Shown: positions 24,791-38,255, numbered from the stretch's first letter. The stretch: DNA of 64,000 nucleotides from Octopus sinensis (GCF_006345805.1 NC_043007.1:15562001-15626000), one strand, 5' to 3'. The notes: a model not told the origin generated them from the sequence alone. Numbers and translations are program-made.

Positions 24791-26332
24791 GGGCGCATTT
24801 ATTTAATATTTCTGTTAGTCTCATAAACGCATGAACGAAAACAAAGTATTTGAATTTACCCATGACGTATTCAAGCCAACTACAAACTTCGAGTTTTAAT
24901 TTAAAGGTAGTTCGGTCTTGTTGAGTCAAATCAGGAGCGTTTGCTGCTGGTATTCAGGAAAGTCAAGTCCTTGCGAGTGTGAGAAGGAATGTCAGATATC
25001 GATCATTTTATCTATTCTAACCTTGTCTTGCTGCAGATGATATAAAAACGAAATTTTAGTGATGCTGGTAAACACGAATAAAAGTATCAGCTTTAAGGCA
25101 GAGAATTTTGAAGTATCATAATAAATGTCTTCAGTTTAGTTATCAAATTGACATTCTTATGTAAGATTTTGAGAAATATATTGCTTGTTAAGTTTACTTT
25201 CTAACTAACTATGTAATTATATTTCAGAGTAGTATTTGTCTAGCAAGTAATTTGATCTGAGTTCGTGTGTTATAACTGAAGCAATTCCCGGATGGAAGAA
25301 CTACTGTCTGCACCTAATAAAACAAAAATCTGCAAACTTTGAATTTATTTCCTGAGTTGTCAAGATTTTTGTTCCACATCTACGTAGTGGTCATTGCTGC
25401 AGTTCCTTGCCCGAATTTTTTGCAGCAGAGTGGACTATACAAAAACAACTAAGGTGCCAGGTAGTATTCTTACACCGGGTCACACTGGGGGATGAATATA
25501 TATGTGGGTGTGTCTTAATGTGTGTGCGTGTCTGTGTACGTGTGTGTGTTTGTGCGTATCTCTTAGTGTGTGGACAAAGAGAGAAACATACACAGAGAGT
25601 AGATATGGCATTTCCTATATACAGTGCAGGTAATGCATAGTGGCCAATAATGGCGTGTGTGTGTGAATACTAACATTCTCAGCGTTTCATTGACAAACAA
25701 TAAATAAACAGAATGGTCACAGCTGAAGTACTTTTGATCGTAAGGTCAGCTCGATCGAAAGAGATCTGAGTCTAAACAGTAATACTAACGCTATGTAATT
25801 ATACTACATTCAGATAGGAACTTTCATGTGGGTGCCATGTTGGAGCTTGCATTCTTCTTTTCTTTAAAGAAATATCAAATCGAATGTGGGTGGAGGTAGG
25901 TAAACACATTCGGGCGTTGAACAAAATGCATGTTTGATTTGGTTGCGGTCTCTTAAATTGTGAGTTCAAATGTGAAACTATTCGCTTTTATTTCTGCAAA
26001 AGTCGGTAAAATAAAGACCTATACAATGACTGGCCACGATAGAAGACATATCTTTCGAAAACATAAGTAGCTAATGGTTCAAATTTGATGTGGAATGAGC
26101 TGTCAACACATTCAGAATTCCCGTTTTAAATAATTTGCAGGGGAAGAGCTTGAATTTAATGGATTCTTTACATATAGTAAGATGTGAATGTTGTACACTT
26201 TCATCTGGACTGCAAACCAAAACTGACACTAGGGATACTCAACGGGCATAAAATATATTCACACACACAAGCATACTCACACACATCATACATAGATTCA
26301 TAGATACATGCGTGCATATACATATATATATT

Positions 26333-26558
26333 TATTTACTACCCACAAGGAGCTAAACACAGAGGGGACAAACAAGGACAGACAAACGGATTAAGCCGAT
26401 TACATCGACCCCAGTGCGTAACTGGTACTTAATTTATCGACCCCGAAAGGATGAAAGGCAAAGTTGACCTCGGCGGAATTTGAACTCGGAACGTAACGAC
26501 AGATGAAATACGGCTACGCATTTCGCCCGGCGCGCTAACGTTTCTGCCAGCTCGCCGC
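26333..26558 (-). mobile_element. SINE family A, full length
   Basis: Colinear reverse complement of 9823-10057. Confidence 0.95.
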
Positions 26559-26664
26559 ATATACATATATATGCGTGCATATACATATATACGTACAGAT
26601 ATACATGCGTGCATATACATATATACGTACATATATATAGATATGTATGTATGTATTATGTGTA

Positions 26665-27045
26665 TCTTTCACATGTTTCAGGCATTGGACTGCGGTCATG
26701 CTGGAGCATCACCTTGAAGGGTTTAGTCAAACAAATCGACCCTAGTACTTATTATTTAAAGCCTGGTATTTAATCTAGGGTATCTTTTTGCGAACCGCTA
26801 AGTTACGAGTATGTATAAGAAGTAAGCGGTAGGTGCGGGGAGACAAATACACACGAACAAAGACGCATACATATATATATATATACGACGGGATTCTTTC
26901 AGTTTCCGTTTATCAAATCCATTCACAAGGCTTTGGGCCGACGAAAGTATAGTAGAAGACAACTGTCCAAGGTGGCACGCAGCGGGACTGAACCCGGAAC
27001 CATAGGAGTGGGAATAAGCTTCTGACTACACAGCCTCAACTGCGT
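26665..27045 (-). mobile_element. SINE family B
   Basis: Colinear with 857-1277 but more diverged. Confidence 0.85.
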
Positions 27046-27048
27046 CTG

Positions 27049-27126
<78 letters not shown>

Positions 27127-27359
27127 TCTATTTATTTATGGTTTAGTGATTTCAAACAATGGATTGCCGCAATATATAAGTCCCGTGGTCAATCAATACT
27201 CATAACACTAAGATATTTATCTAATCGATATTTATCCCACCGCTAGGTCTCAGACTATTAAAGTACACAAATATCAACGTAAACTTAGATATAGACACAT
27301 GTATGCACAAATATACATGCATACATGTGCACACATGCACACGCACTCTTCAATACAGG

Positions 27360-27462
<103 letters not shown>

Positions 27463-27929
27463 GTGTGCGTGTCCGAATATATGCGCATGCGCATATTATT
27501 ACTGACGTTCTTTACTTCCAAGGTAAGAATTTGTCAAAGGGGGTCCATCACCAATGGCGTTCCATCTATGATTCTCCCGCCTCAATTCCACATAGTGTAC
27601 ATAGGCCTGCATTATCTTTTCTAATCCTCCGATTTATTTTCCTTTTTTTCCTAAGATGCGCTCTGAGGTAGATTTGTCTACAATTTCCATATATTAACCT
27701 CTCTGGCCGATAAATCACAGGTATACATTTTGTAAGTTACTATAGAAAATTTATAAAAGAAATAGCAACGGAGAGAGAAAAAGCAAATAATCGAATGGAA
27801 AGTGAAAGTAAAAGTAAAAGAGCGGGAGAGAAAATATGTGTATTAGCGTGTATATGTGTGTGTTATTACAAATTTCTTTACTTAAGAACGATGCGTTGTG
27901 CTGGAGCAAGAACAAAAGAAAAGGGCTCT

Positions 27930-28420
27930 AACAAACATATATGCAACGCAGAAACATGCATATATAATTAAACAACCACTCAGACAAACATGTACTTACA
28001 ATTAAAGAAACACACACACATACACACACACACACCGTACACACAAACACTCTTACACACAAACATGTACTTTCAATTAAAGAAACACCACACATACACA
28101 CGCACACACCGTACACAAACACTCTTACACACACATGTACATGCAATTAAGCAACCACAGACAAACATATGCATACAATTAAGTAAAAACACACACACAC
28201 ATACTCACGCACAAACACTTACACGCACAAACACTCATACTCACACACGCACTCACACACGAACATTCACACACACAAATGCATACATACAATTACACGA
28301 ACAAACACAAACGTACAAACACACACACACTTAAAATAAACAAACACATGCATATTATTAAGCAAGCATACGCACAAACATATATATACAGTTCCACATA
28401 CACACAAACACACACAACCA
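27930..28420. repeat. CA-rich compound minisatellite including two ~75-bp tandem units (27986-28135)
   Basis: AAACATGTACTT(A/T)CAATTAAAGAAACAC...ACAAACACTCTTACACAC is repeated. Confidence 0.8.
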
Positions 28421-28713
28421 CCGTTATATATATTTTGTTTATTCATTACTGTTTTCAATTTCGTTTTCGTCTCTTGTATTTACATCCGTCTTGTGCGTTC
28501 ACATTCCTGTCTTCTACCAAGAAATCTAATGCTTACAGCTTAGTTTTTTTCTTGGGGCTGGCCGAGTTGGAGCAAATATCAGAATTGAACAGCCGAAATT
28601 TGCTATGATGATTCGGTGTCTGACTGAAGATTGAAGGCTTCGAATGATTTGTCTGTGTTCCGTGTTCGTCCCTTCCTGTATTTCACGTTCATTATATATA
28701 AAAACATTCATTC

Positions 28714-28754
<41 letters not shown>

Positions 28755-29058
28755 ATTATATATATATATATTATCATCTCTCTCTCTCTTTCTTTCTTTT
28801 TCTAACTCATTTGTGTGTGTGCTTGTAACTGATTTCACTGGGACATCAACTATCTATCTATCTATTTCTCTATCTATATCGATCTATCTATCCATCTATC
28901 TGTGTGTGTGTGTGTGTGTGTGTGTGGTATGTGTGTGTGCATATCCTCGTTTGCATGCATATGTGTGTGTGTGCTTCACGGAAGGTATATGTGTGCGACA
29001 AAATTACTTTGCATGAACTAGCATGAACACAGCTAAATGTAAGTATATAAAGCAATCT

Positions 29059-29293
29059 AAGGCGGCGAGCTGGCACAAACGGTAGCACGCCGGACGAAAT
29101 GCGAAGCCGTATTTCGTCTGCAGTTACGTTCTAAGTTCAAATTCCGCCGAGGTCGACTTTGCCTTTCATCCTTTCGGGGTCGATAAATTAAGTACCAGTT
29201 ACGCACTGGGGTCGATGGAATCGACTTAATCGCTTTGTCTGTCCTTATTTGTCCCCTCTGTGTTTAGCCCCTTGTGGGTAGCGAAGAAATATA
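29059..29293 (+). mobile_element. SINE family A, full length, 15-bp TSD
   Basis: TATATAAAGCAATCT occurs at 29044-29058 and 29294-29308. Confidence 0.95.
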
Positions 29294-29627
29294 TATATAA
29301 AGCAATCTTACACTGCGTCGTTTGAAGCACAGTTTTTAAGTCAATATAATCTACGGCTGTTTACCTGAACTAAGTTATAAATACAAGTCTCGCAAGGCTG
29401 TACGCGGAGTAATCATGTGTTCAGTTTTAGTTTTCAATAATTGCAGGTATCATATCAAATTCAAATGTGCTATCGCAGCTTCCCTATCCATTTATATTTA
29501 CTTATTTGTCTATTTATTTATTGTTGTATGGTCATTTTTTTTTTGTTACGTTTATATATTTGTGTTGCAAGATTCCTGATCTTATCCCGGTAATTATTTC
29601 TTTATTTCTTTATTTATTTCTCTATAG

Positions 29628-29669
29628 TGAATGCGAAAAGGGGAGGAAAGTACCAATGAAATATAACGA
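29628..29669 (+). CDS. Candidate 42-nt exon (phase 2-2), product unknown
   Basis: A long pyrimidine tract TTTCTTTATTTCTTTATTTATTTCTCTATAG| and donor |GTAAGT flank it. Only one frame is open (ECEKGRKVPMKYN). Confidence 0.2.
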
Positions 29670-29884
29670 GTAAGTGCATGATACAATAAAGTGTATATTT
29701 AGGGTGAAGATTAAATCCTTTACAATTGTATAAAAGTTGTATTAGAGGGGCATCGTTTCATAGTTATACATCTGAAAAGAATGGGTATGAATTCAATTAA
29801 AGAACTGCAAAGTAATCAGTCCTAAGCTAAGTGTATATAATTACACACACAGGCACAAATATCTATATAAATAAATCGTGCGTA

Positions 29885-29919
<35 letters not shown>

Positions 29920-30077
29920 TATATTACTATTATTATTATAATTAAGGGTTTCTAAGGAATGGCCACCTGATAAGATCGGTATTTTAAATAACGATTTTAT
30001 CCTTATTTATATAAATTTATATATATATATATGCATATATACACACAACTTTATATCAACTAATATACGTATACACG

Positions 30078-30138
<61 letters not shown>

Positions 30139-30211
30139 TATATATATATACACAATTTTATATGTATATATATTTATAATATGTCATATATATTTTACAC
30201 ACATACACAAA

Positions 30212-30660
30212 CGCGCGGTAAGAAACTTGTTTCCCAACCAAACTGTTCCGAGTTCAGTCCCATTACGTGGCACCTAGGGTAAGTGTCTTCTGCAATAGCC
30301 TCGGGACGATCAAAGTCTTGTAAATGGATTTGGTACAGAGAAATAAGCCTGTCTGATGTGTATATATGTGTGTGTATGTATATGTGTGTGCGTGTGTGTG
30401 TGTATGTGTGTGCGTGTGTGTGTGTGTATGATAGTGTATGTATATGTGTGTGTGTTTTTGTCTGTGTTTGTCCCCCAGCACCTCTTCACAACTGGTGGTG
30501 ATGTGTTTGCCTCCACTTGAGATAGCAGTTCGGCCAAGGAGATCGATAGAGTAAATAATCGGTTTAAGAAACAAGCGGTGGTATCGATTTGTTCGACTAA
30601 AACCCTTCGAGGCGATGCTCCAGCATGGCTGCGTTCAAATGACTGAAGGAAGTAAAAGAA
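30212..30660 (+). mobile_element. SINE family B, diverged, expanded internal (TG)n
   Basis: GAGTTCAGTCCCATTACGTGGCACCTAGGGTAAGTGTCTTC...GCTCCAGCATGGCTGCGTTCAAATGACTGAAGGAAGTAAAAG. Confidence 0.8.
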
Positions 30661-31409
30661 CAAATATATCAATACACACACACAGAGAGGCACAAATGCA
30701 CACACACACAGCAAACCCGTGCAACCTTAACATTTAATAAATATATTCTTGTCAAGACTCAGAACTGGCTACGTTTAAAAATCCATATAAGCATTTAGTA
30801 CAAGTATATAAAATTGATCAACGACAACAAAAAACTTGTATGCGAAGGGCGTGTTCATACGATCTACTCAAATACTTGTACACTGAATTAGCGACAATGA
30901 AAACAGGTAAGGTCTGCTTAAAGCAGTCTTCCAGAACATTCCTTAGAAAGAGGAGGTCGGGTGACAAAGAACAAAAAAAAGGATATACAGTGACATTTTT
31001 AGTAAATGGTGTTCAGACACAGAAAGAATGTGTGATGTGTGTGTGTGTGTATGTATTTATGTATGCATGTATATGTTTGTAAGTGAAGTTACGCGCATAC
31101 CTACAGGTGTGTGCGCGTATACACACACACATTATATATATATATATATACGCGTATATTTACGTATGCATATATACGTATATTTATTTATGTATGTATA
31201 TATATATATATAATATATATATATATATAAAAGTATATAAGTATATATATGTATATATATATATGTATATATGTGGAGGCGCAATGGCCCAGTGGTTAGG
31301 GCAAGTATACATATGTATATATATATATATATATATATGTATACATATATGTATATATAAATATATACGTATATACATATATATACACCTGTATATTCAC
31401 ACACATACC

Positions 31410-31448
<39 letters not shown>

Positions 31449-31594
31449 TGAGATACTTTTGGTAAAGCATTGTGAGGTATAACCTTAAGAAAAATATATA
31501 ATTGTATAGAGCCGGAGCAATGTGAGAACGTACAAAGTAAAGTGCAGAATGAAACAGCAAAAACTAAAACAGAACAAAGTTGCAGTTTTACCTG

Positions 31595-31638
31595 GTATTT
31601 CTATGTTTCGGGGTGAAGAGCCCTTCTTCAGGACATAC
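31595..31638 (-). ncRNA. Minimal type I hammerhead ribozyme motif
   Basis: GTATGTC-CTGAAGA-A-GGG-CTCTTCAC-CCC-GAAA-CA-TA-GAAATAC. Stem I pairs at 6 of 7 positions, stem II has 3 bp, and the predicted cleavage triplet is AUA. Confidence 0.6.
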
Positions 31639-31680
31639 GGTGAAGCGGTGGTTAGAAAGGTTTGTTGCCTTCATCCGAAT

Positions 31681-31713
31681 GTCCTGAAGAAGGGCTTTTC
31701 ACCCTGAAATATA
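31681..31713 (+). ncRNA. Degenerate hammerhead motif (3' strand of stem I not paired)
   Basis: GTC-CTGAAGA-A-GGG-CTTTTCAC-CCT-GAAA-TATA. The downstream CCAACAC cannot pair with GAATGTC. Confidence 0.4.
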
Positions 31714-31846
31714 CCAACACAAGTTAAAACGGCAAGTTTTTTCTGAGTTCTTTCTGTTTTTCAGTTTATCTTGTACATTCCCACGTTGTTCAGGCTTTGC
31801 ACAACTACATTCTTTAAAGTTTATATAATATATATATATATATACA

Positions 31847-31911
<65 letters not shown>

Positions 31912-32119
31912 TCCACACACACATAAATATATATACAGAAAAATACACGTGTATGTATGCATATATATATATATTATATATATATATATATATTATATAT
32001 ATATATAATAAATATTAGGGAATAAATCCAAACTTATATAATCTTATGTATTGGCTTAAGTTTTTCATTGTATGATTTGCCTAATAGTGGTTTTGTCTCT
32101 AATTTAATTTAATATAATA

Positions 32120-32157
<38 letters not shown>

Positions 32158-32320
32158 GTAAGGTAAACTTGTGTATGTACACACGCACTCACACACATAT
32201 ATAAACACACACATACGTGTGTGCGTGAGCTTCTTAGTGCTACTTTCACTTGTGAATTAATTTTTTCTATTCTGCGAAACTCATTAGAATTTATGCAAGA
32301 ATTAAGTATGGCATGCCCCC

Positions 32321-32356
<36 letters not shown>

Positions 32357-32521
32357 GAAAGTGGACAGACATATTTTCAAATTATTTTCCTAGTTACCGC
32401 GCGTTGCAGCCATTCGATATATTTCTTTATAAACCACTGGTTAAGAATTGGTTCTATTTAACTGATTCTTCGTCGTCTCCGATATATTTTGTATGCTTAG
32501 GCAATATCTATCTACAGTGCT

Positions 32522-32660
32522 ATTCCACCGAGGTCGACTTCGTCTTTCATCCATTCGGGGGTCGATAAATTAAGTACCAGTTGCGTACTGGGGTCGATCT
32601 AATTGACTGTGCTCCCTCCCCCAAAATTTCGTTCCTTGTGCCTAGAGTAGAAAAGAATAT
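32522..32660 (+). mobile_element. 5'-truncated SINE family A (short-tail variant)
   Basis: TTCCACCGAGGTCGACTTCGTCTTTCATCC...CCCCAAAATTTCGTTCCTTGTGCCTAGAGTAGAAAAG. Confidence 0.9.
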
Positions 32661-33411
32661 CTACACTGCTATATTTTTACAATATATACTAGAGTTTGTC
32701 TGAACATGTGTATATTTAGAAAGAGACGGTGTGGTATATAAACATAACAGTTATGGGAGAGAGACGAATAAGGCTCGCACATATGAAGCGGTACAAGTTT
32801 CGATTCCCCTTGAAGGAAGTTAATTTTTAAAAATTTTTATCTGTTGCTTATTTCTTCGTTTTCTCTTTTCTTTCTGTGTCACTTATGAATTAAAACAAAA
32901 ACATTGTTTCAAACTCCACTGTAACACATGTATGAGCGTGCTTCTATCATTATGTGCATATATATATGTGTGTGTGCGTGTGTATATGTGCATGCGTGCG
33001 CGCATGTACGTATGTATAGAGAGCGACAGAGATAGCGACAGACATAGCGACTCTCAGTCTAAAAACGTGAATGTACCTTGGACTTTTGTTTCTGATTTGA
33101 CAATGTGTGTGTGTGAAGTTAGCTTGATAGTCATAGATATACATTGAGATAGCTTCTCTTTCAAACTTATATTGAAAAACACGATTGTGTTTGAGTTAGA
33201 TATTTTTATTCAAGATTTTTATAAAATATTTTCCTTTTAGCTTATTCTTTTAGTCGTTTATGCTATGCTTGTAACAAAAATATTCCTACATCAATTAATT
33301 TTGCGAGCCTTTCTCGGTCATATCCTTCGAATTAAGTAGTGATAGTGGCGATTACACACGAATCTAGTCATGAGTCAAATATAACACACGCGCGCATGTG
33401 TGTATATATTT

Positions 33412-33442
<31 letters not shown>

Positions 33443-33537
33443 TTTTTATTATTATTATCAATCAAGAAAATGTTACAGAATGGCTCGAGTTCTTAGAGCA
33501 TACCGATTATCAATAATTAATAAATATATATATATAT

Positions 33538-34007
<470 letters not shown>

Positions 34008-34059
34008 ATACTCATCATTTGGGATCTATTTTTCCTATCTGCATCACCAAATGCACACA

Positions 34060-34099
<40 letters not shown>

Positions 34100-34281
34100 A
34101 CACACACACACCATCACCACACCACACACACATACACAGAGGCATGGCGATGCAAACAGAAAAAACACAGAACTCAAAACATGAGTGAACATATTTTTAT
34201 TAATATTTAGCAAAAGTTTGATAAGCACCAAGGTACGAAACTTTTGGCCGTTGAGTCACTCTGTCGCCTCTGCTATACATA

Positions 34282-34317
<36 letters not shown>

Positions 34318-34588
34318 TGTATGTTGTGTGTTTGTGTGTGTGAGTGTGTGTGAAAGAGAGAGAAAGAGGGAGAGAATGGAGGGTGAGAGATAAAAGCAAA
34401 GAGAGAGAAGCATACGATTTCTAAACCTTGTCAAGCTGATGCTGTTATAAATATTACTGACATTACATTGTCCTAAATTGGAGAAGAAAATTGACGAGTC
34501 GGAACATAAGGAGAGATGGATGAATTCAAAGAGGGAGTGAGTGAGTGAGTTAGAGAGAGAGAAAATGTGAGAGAAGCAGAGAAAGTGG

Positions 34589-34620
<32 letters not shown>

Positions 34621-34934
34621 TGAGGAATGAGAATGAGAGCAGTTGAGTGAATGTGATGGTGGTGATGGTGGGGGACACACAGTCATTAATAATGCATCAG
34701 GTATTATAGAGTTAACGTGTGTTTGCTGAAATAGTATTTTGTTAATATCTAAATGGTCTTTGTGCCACACACACGCACACCACACACACACACACACACG
34801 CACACACACACACATACATACATACAGACACACATGTATTACTCAGTGTTTTGTAGAAACGAATCTTCAGTCTGCATCAAGTTGCTCCTAGGAATGGATA
34901 CCCCTGCTGCCCTTTATTTTGCTCTTGCTACGTA

Positions 34935-35172
34935 CAGTAGTAACCCCTCGACTATCGCGGGTGTTATGTTTCAAATTCCTACCACGATAGGGGTAAATCA
35001 GCGAAGTAGAAACAATACTGTACTGTATAACTTTTTTTTTCCCTTTTTATTAATTTTATAATTTGTATATATTTATTTTATTATAAATGCAAAACAATAA
35101 AAGGGAGATATCGACATAAGCTTAAATAATAATGCGCGATTGGTGAACTGCGAAATGGCGAGGGGGTTACTC
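34935..35172. mobile_element. Tc1/mariner (Tigger/pogo-like) MITE, decayed
   Basis: TA|CAGTAGTAACCCCTCGACTATCGCGG on the left and CTGCGAAATGGCGAGGGGGTTACTC|TA on the right form imperfect TIRs with a TA at each end around an AT-rich interior. Confidence 0.55.
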
Positions 35173-35469
35173 TATAACATTGTACACCGATGTTCAGTCA
35201 TGTTAAAGGAGAAGAAGTGGTGGAGGTTTAAACGAAAAAATAATTGCATGTTGTTACATCGATACATTTTTCCAATAATAATGATGATAGAAATGTTTGG
35301 AAAAGGGAGCAATCTAATATACGGGTGGGAGCAATCTAATATACGGGTGGGAGCTAAACTCAGAACTGAAACTGTTCTAATTTAATACCGCAATGCATTA
35401 TATATGACACTCCAACGAATCTCCATACACTGCCCCCTTTTTTCCAATAATCATAATAATAATCATTTT

Positions 35470-36050
35470 TGCTATATTCGGCACGATGCCAACAGTTTTG
35501 AGAGAGGTGGGGTGGTTAGTTGATACCGTTGAGTCCCTTGACTGATACTTTATTTTATCGACCCTTAAGTGAGGAAAGGCAATGTTTACTTCAACAGTGT
35601 TTGAACTCGGAGTGGGAAAGTCTTGTAATTAATTACTGCAAGACCGTTTTCCCAATAAAATTAATAATAATAATAATGTTTCCGATTTAAGCACAAGGTC
35701 ACGAAATTTGAGGGGTGCGTATTAGTCGATTTCATCAATCCCTTTTTTTTAATGGGACTTTTTGTTATCGATCCCGGACGGATGAGTTCAAATTCCGCCG
35801 AGGTTAACTTTGACCTCGTCGGAATTTGAGCTCTGAACGTACATTGCCGGAATATAAAGAGAAAGACATTTTCTGCGAGTCTCAAACGATTCTGTCGATT
35901 CACCATCCTAATTGTTTATGACTTGGGTAAAATGCTAGAAATTTCGAAGGAAGGGGTTTAGTCGACCTCCGTACTTAACTTTTTTTCTATCGGCTATGGA
36001 GAGAAGAAAGTCAAAGTTGATCTCGGCAGCATTTGAACAAAGAAAGTAGC
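35470..36050 (-). mobile_element. Cluster of three degenerate SINE family A copies, one with an internal inversion
   Basis: Fragments of TTTATCGACCC, GGAATTTGA(A/G)CTC and the tail CACAAGG recur. A hairpin lies at 35784-35833. Confidence 0.65.
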
Positions 36051-37129
36051 AGGTTAGCTTTAATAAGTAGGCTATGATTTGAGGATGATTTGTTTCTTAT
36101 TTTTAGCATGTCGTGCGATCATGTAGGTGCTCTCTCTCCGACTCGATTTGACTGTCAATGCAAATAGATTACTTTGTGTCTAGGGACTTCTCTAAACGTT
36201 AACAGCTTTCGAATGAGAAGTGCAAATTTGTTTGTCAGAAATTTATCTCTGCTTGTCTACATATTGCAGCCCATGAAACAAGTGCCGGTTGCGGCCTTCT
36301 CGTTATGTATGGATACTTACGCAGCCGCAGTTATGCGTCTGTCTTCAGAAATACAACGCAAATGAACACGTTGATAAAGAATGCATATATGTTCATTAAT
36401 TAATGTGCATAACACGAGCTGAATGGTCAGGGAAGAGACACTTCTCATTTCTCACTTTCAACACCATTTTTTAATTTTTCTGACATTAAATTTAACATTT
36501 GAAAAATAAAACAAATAATAAGCCGCCGAAATCCGTGATTACTTTAAAATAAAAAGCTTTAATGGGAATAACTTGGCAGTATTTGACAAGAACAAACCAC
36601 AAGTGAATGCAAATGCACAGTCCTCGGTACTACGATTGGATTAATTTTGAAATGGGAATGATTTGCTAAGAATAGCATCGCGGTAGCCAGCGAGTGTATA
36701 AAGAAACTGTAAACGCTTTGCTGAGGACATATTCCCGCTTCAAATCAAATAGCGTAAACACAATAACAACACCAACATTTGTTTTGGTCACATGAATCGT
36801 TTTAAAGAAATCCTGTGACTTACGTTAAGAGGGATATGCAGTGATTTTGAGACGTTCATGCATAACGTAAATATAAGGCTATGAAAACTAAATAACATAG
36901 ACATGGAATCATGTAGAGAGCTCCGCCACGATAATTTCTTGCGTTAATCACGAGGCCTGCCAATCTCGCAACATTAATTAACTGCTTCTTGTTGCTAACC
37001 TTACTTTGATTTGAACTCAGAATTCAAACGAAAAGTTTTTTTGTTTTTTTAATTAATTTCTATATGCATACAGTTAGGCACAATTAGAATCATTATTTGT
37101 AAAGAACGACAATTATAATAATTTTATTT

Positions 37130-38255
37130 TCTAATTTTGGCACAAGGCCAGTAATTTTCAGAGACATGTCAATATCATCGACCCCAGTACTCAACTGGTA
37201 TTTATGTTATTGACTTCAAACAAATGAAAGGCAAAGTCGACTTGAGTGGAATTTGAACTCAGGTCCGAAAAAATACCGCAAAGCATTATTTTTTGACGTT
37301 CTAAAAATTCTGCCAGCTCACCGACCTTATTAGATTCACAATTTCTTTTATTTGCCACAAGGACATCAGGGGAGGGGGACATTACAAGAACAGTTTACAA
37401 TTTGTGGTGTTTTACATATAAAAGCTGCTGTAAAAAAAGGAAGAGGAAGAAAAAATGCGATAAAAGTAAGCAAAATATAAAAGGCACAAGACCGCAAATA
37501 TAACTGAACAGAGAATAAGAAAGTGTGACGTTCATGCTTTTCTCAAAACACATTTGTAGCATAAAAAGAACTATCTTTACCCAAGAAACCATATCAAATG
37601 CTGAATACGTCCCCCAGTTATAATAGTAATAATCCTTTCTGTTAAAGGCACAAGGCCTGAAATTTGGGAGGTGGGGAAGAAACTAGTCGATGTAATCGAC
37701 ATCAGTGATTTACTGATACTTAATTTATCGACTCCGAAAGGATGAAGGGCAAAAGCCACCTCGGCGGCATTTGAACTCAGAACGTAAAGACGGACGAAAT
37801 GCCGCTAAGCATCTCGCCCGGCGTGCTAACGATTCTGCCAGCTCGCCGCCTTAATAATAATAATAATAATAATAATAATCCTTTCTACTAGAGGCACAAG
37901 GCCTGAAAGTTTTGGGGAAGGGGGCCAGATCCCAGCGCTTCACTGGTATTATTTTACCGACCCCGAATGGATGAAAGGCAAAGTCGACCCGAGCAGAATT
38001 TGAACTCAGAACGTAGCGACGGGCGAAATACCTATTTCTTTACTACCCACAAGGGGCTAAACACAGAGGGAACATACAAAGACAGACAAATGGATTAAGC
38101 CGATTACATCGACCGCAGTGCGTAACTAGTACTTATTTAATCGACCCCGAAAGGATGAAAGGCAAAGCGGAATTTGAACTCAGAACGTAACGGCAGACGA
38201 AATACTGCTAAGCATTTCGCCCGGCGTTGCTAACGTTTCTGCCAGCTCGCCACAT
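37130..38255 (-). mobile_element. Cluster of four SINE family A copies (~37130-37330, 37630-37852, 37880-38030, 38030-38255)
   Basis: Repeated AAAGGATGAAAGGCAAAG...GGAATTTGAACTCAGAACGTA...CTGCCAGCTCGCC. Two heads abut (TAA)n runs. Confidence 0.9.

Larger units (their letters stand above)
31450..31810. mobile_element. Inverted pair of probable PLE termini, each with a hammerhead-like core
   Basis: Inverted repeat at ~31605-31647 and ~31667-31710. Each arm reads CTGAAGA-A-GGG-loop-CC(C/T)-GAAA outward into a pyrimidine-rich tail. The whole is embedded in (TA)n. Confidence 0.65.

Noticed and set aside
25037-25067. 31-nt exon behind a strong branch point and acceptor
   Set aside because: There are stops in all three frames and the donor is weak; it could only be non-coding, which cannot be tested here.
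28590-28670. CTGAAGA...CGAAT motif in a pyrimidine-tailed segment, possibly an old PLE end
   Set aside because: GAAA is broken and the stems do not pair, so it is too decayed to support.
30799-30906. 108-nt symmetric exon candidate before CAG|GTAAGG
   Set aside because: The acceptor is weak, and an open frame of this length is within chance expectation.
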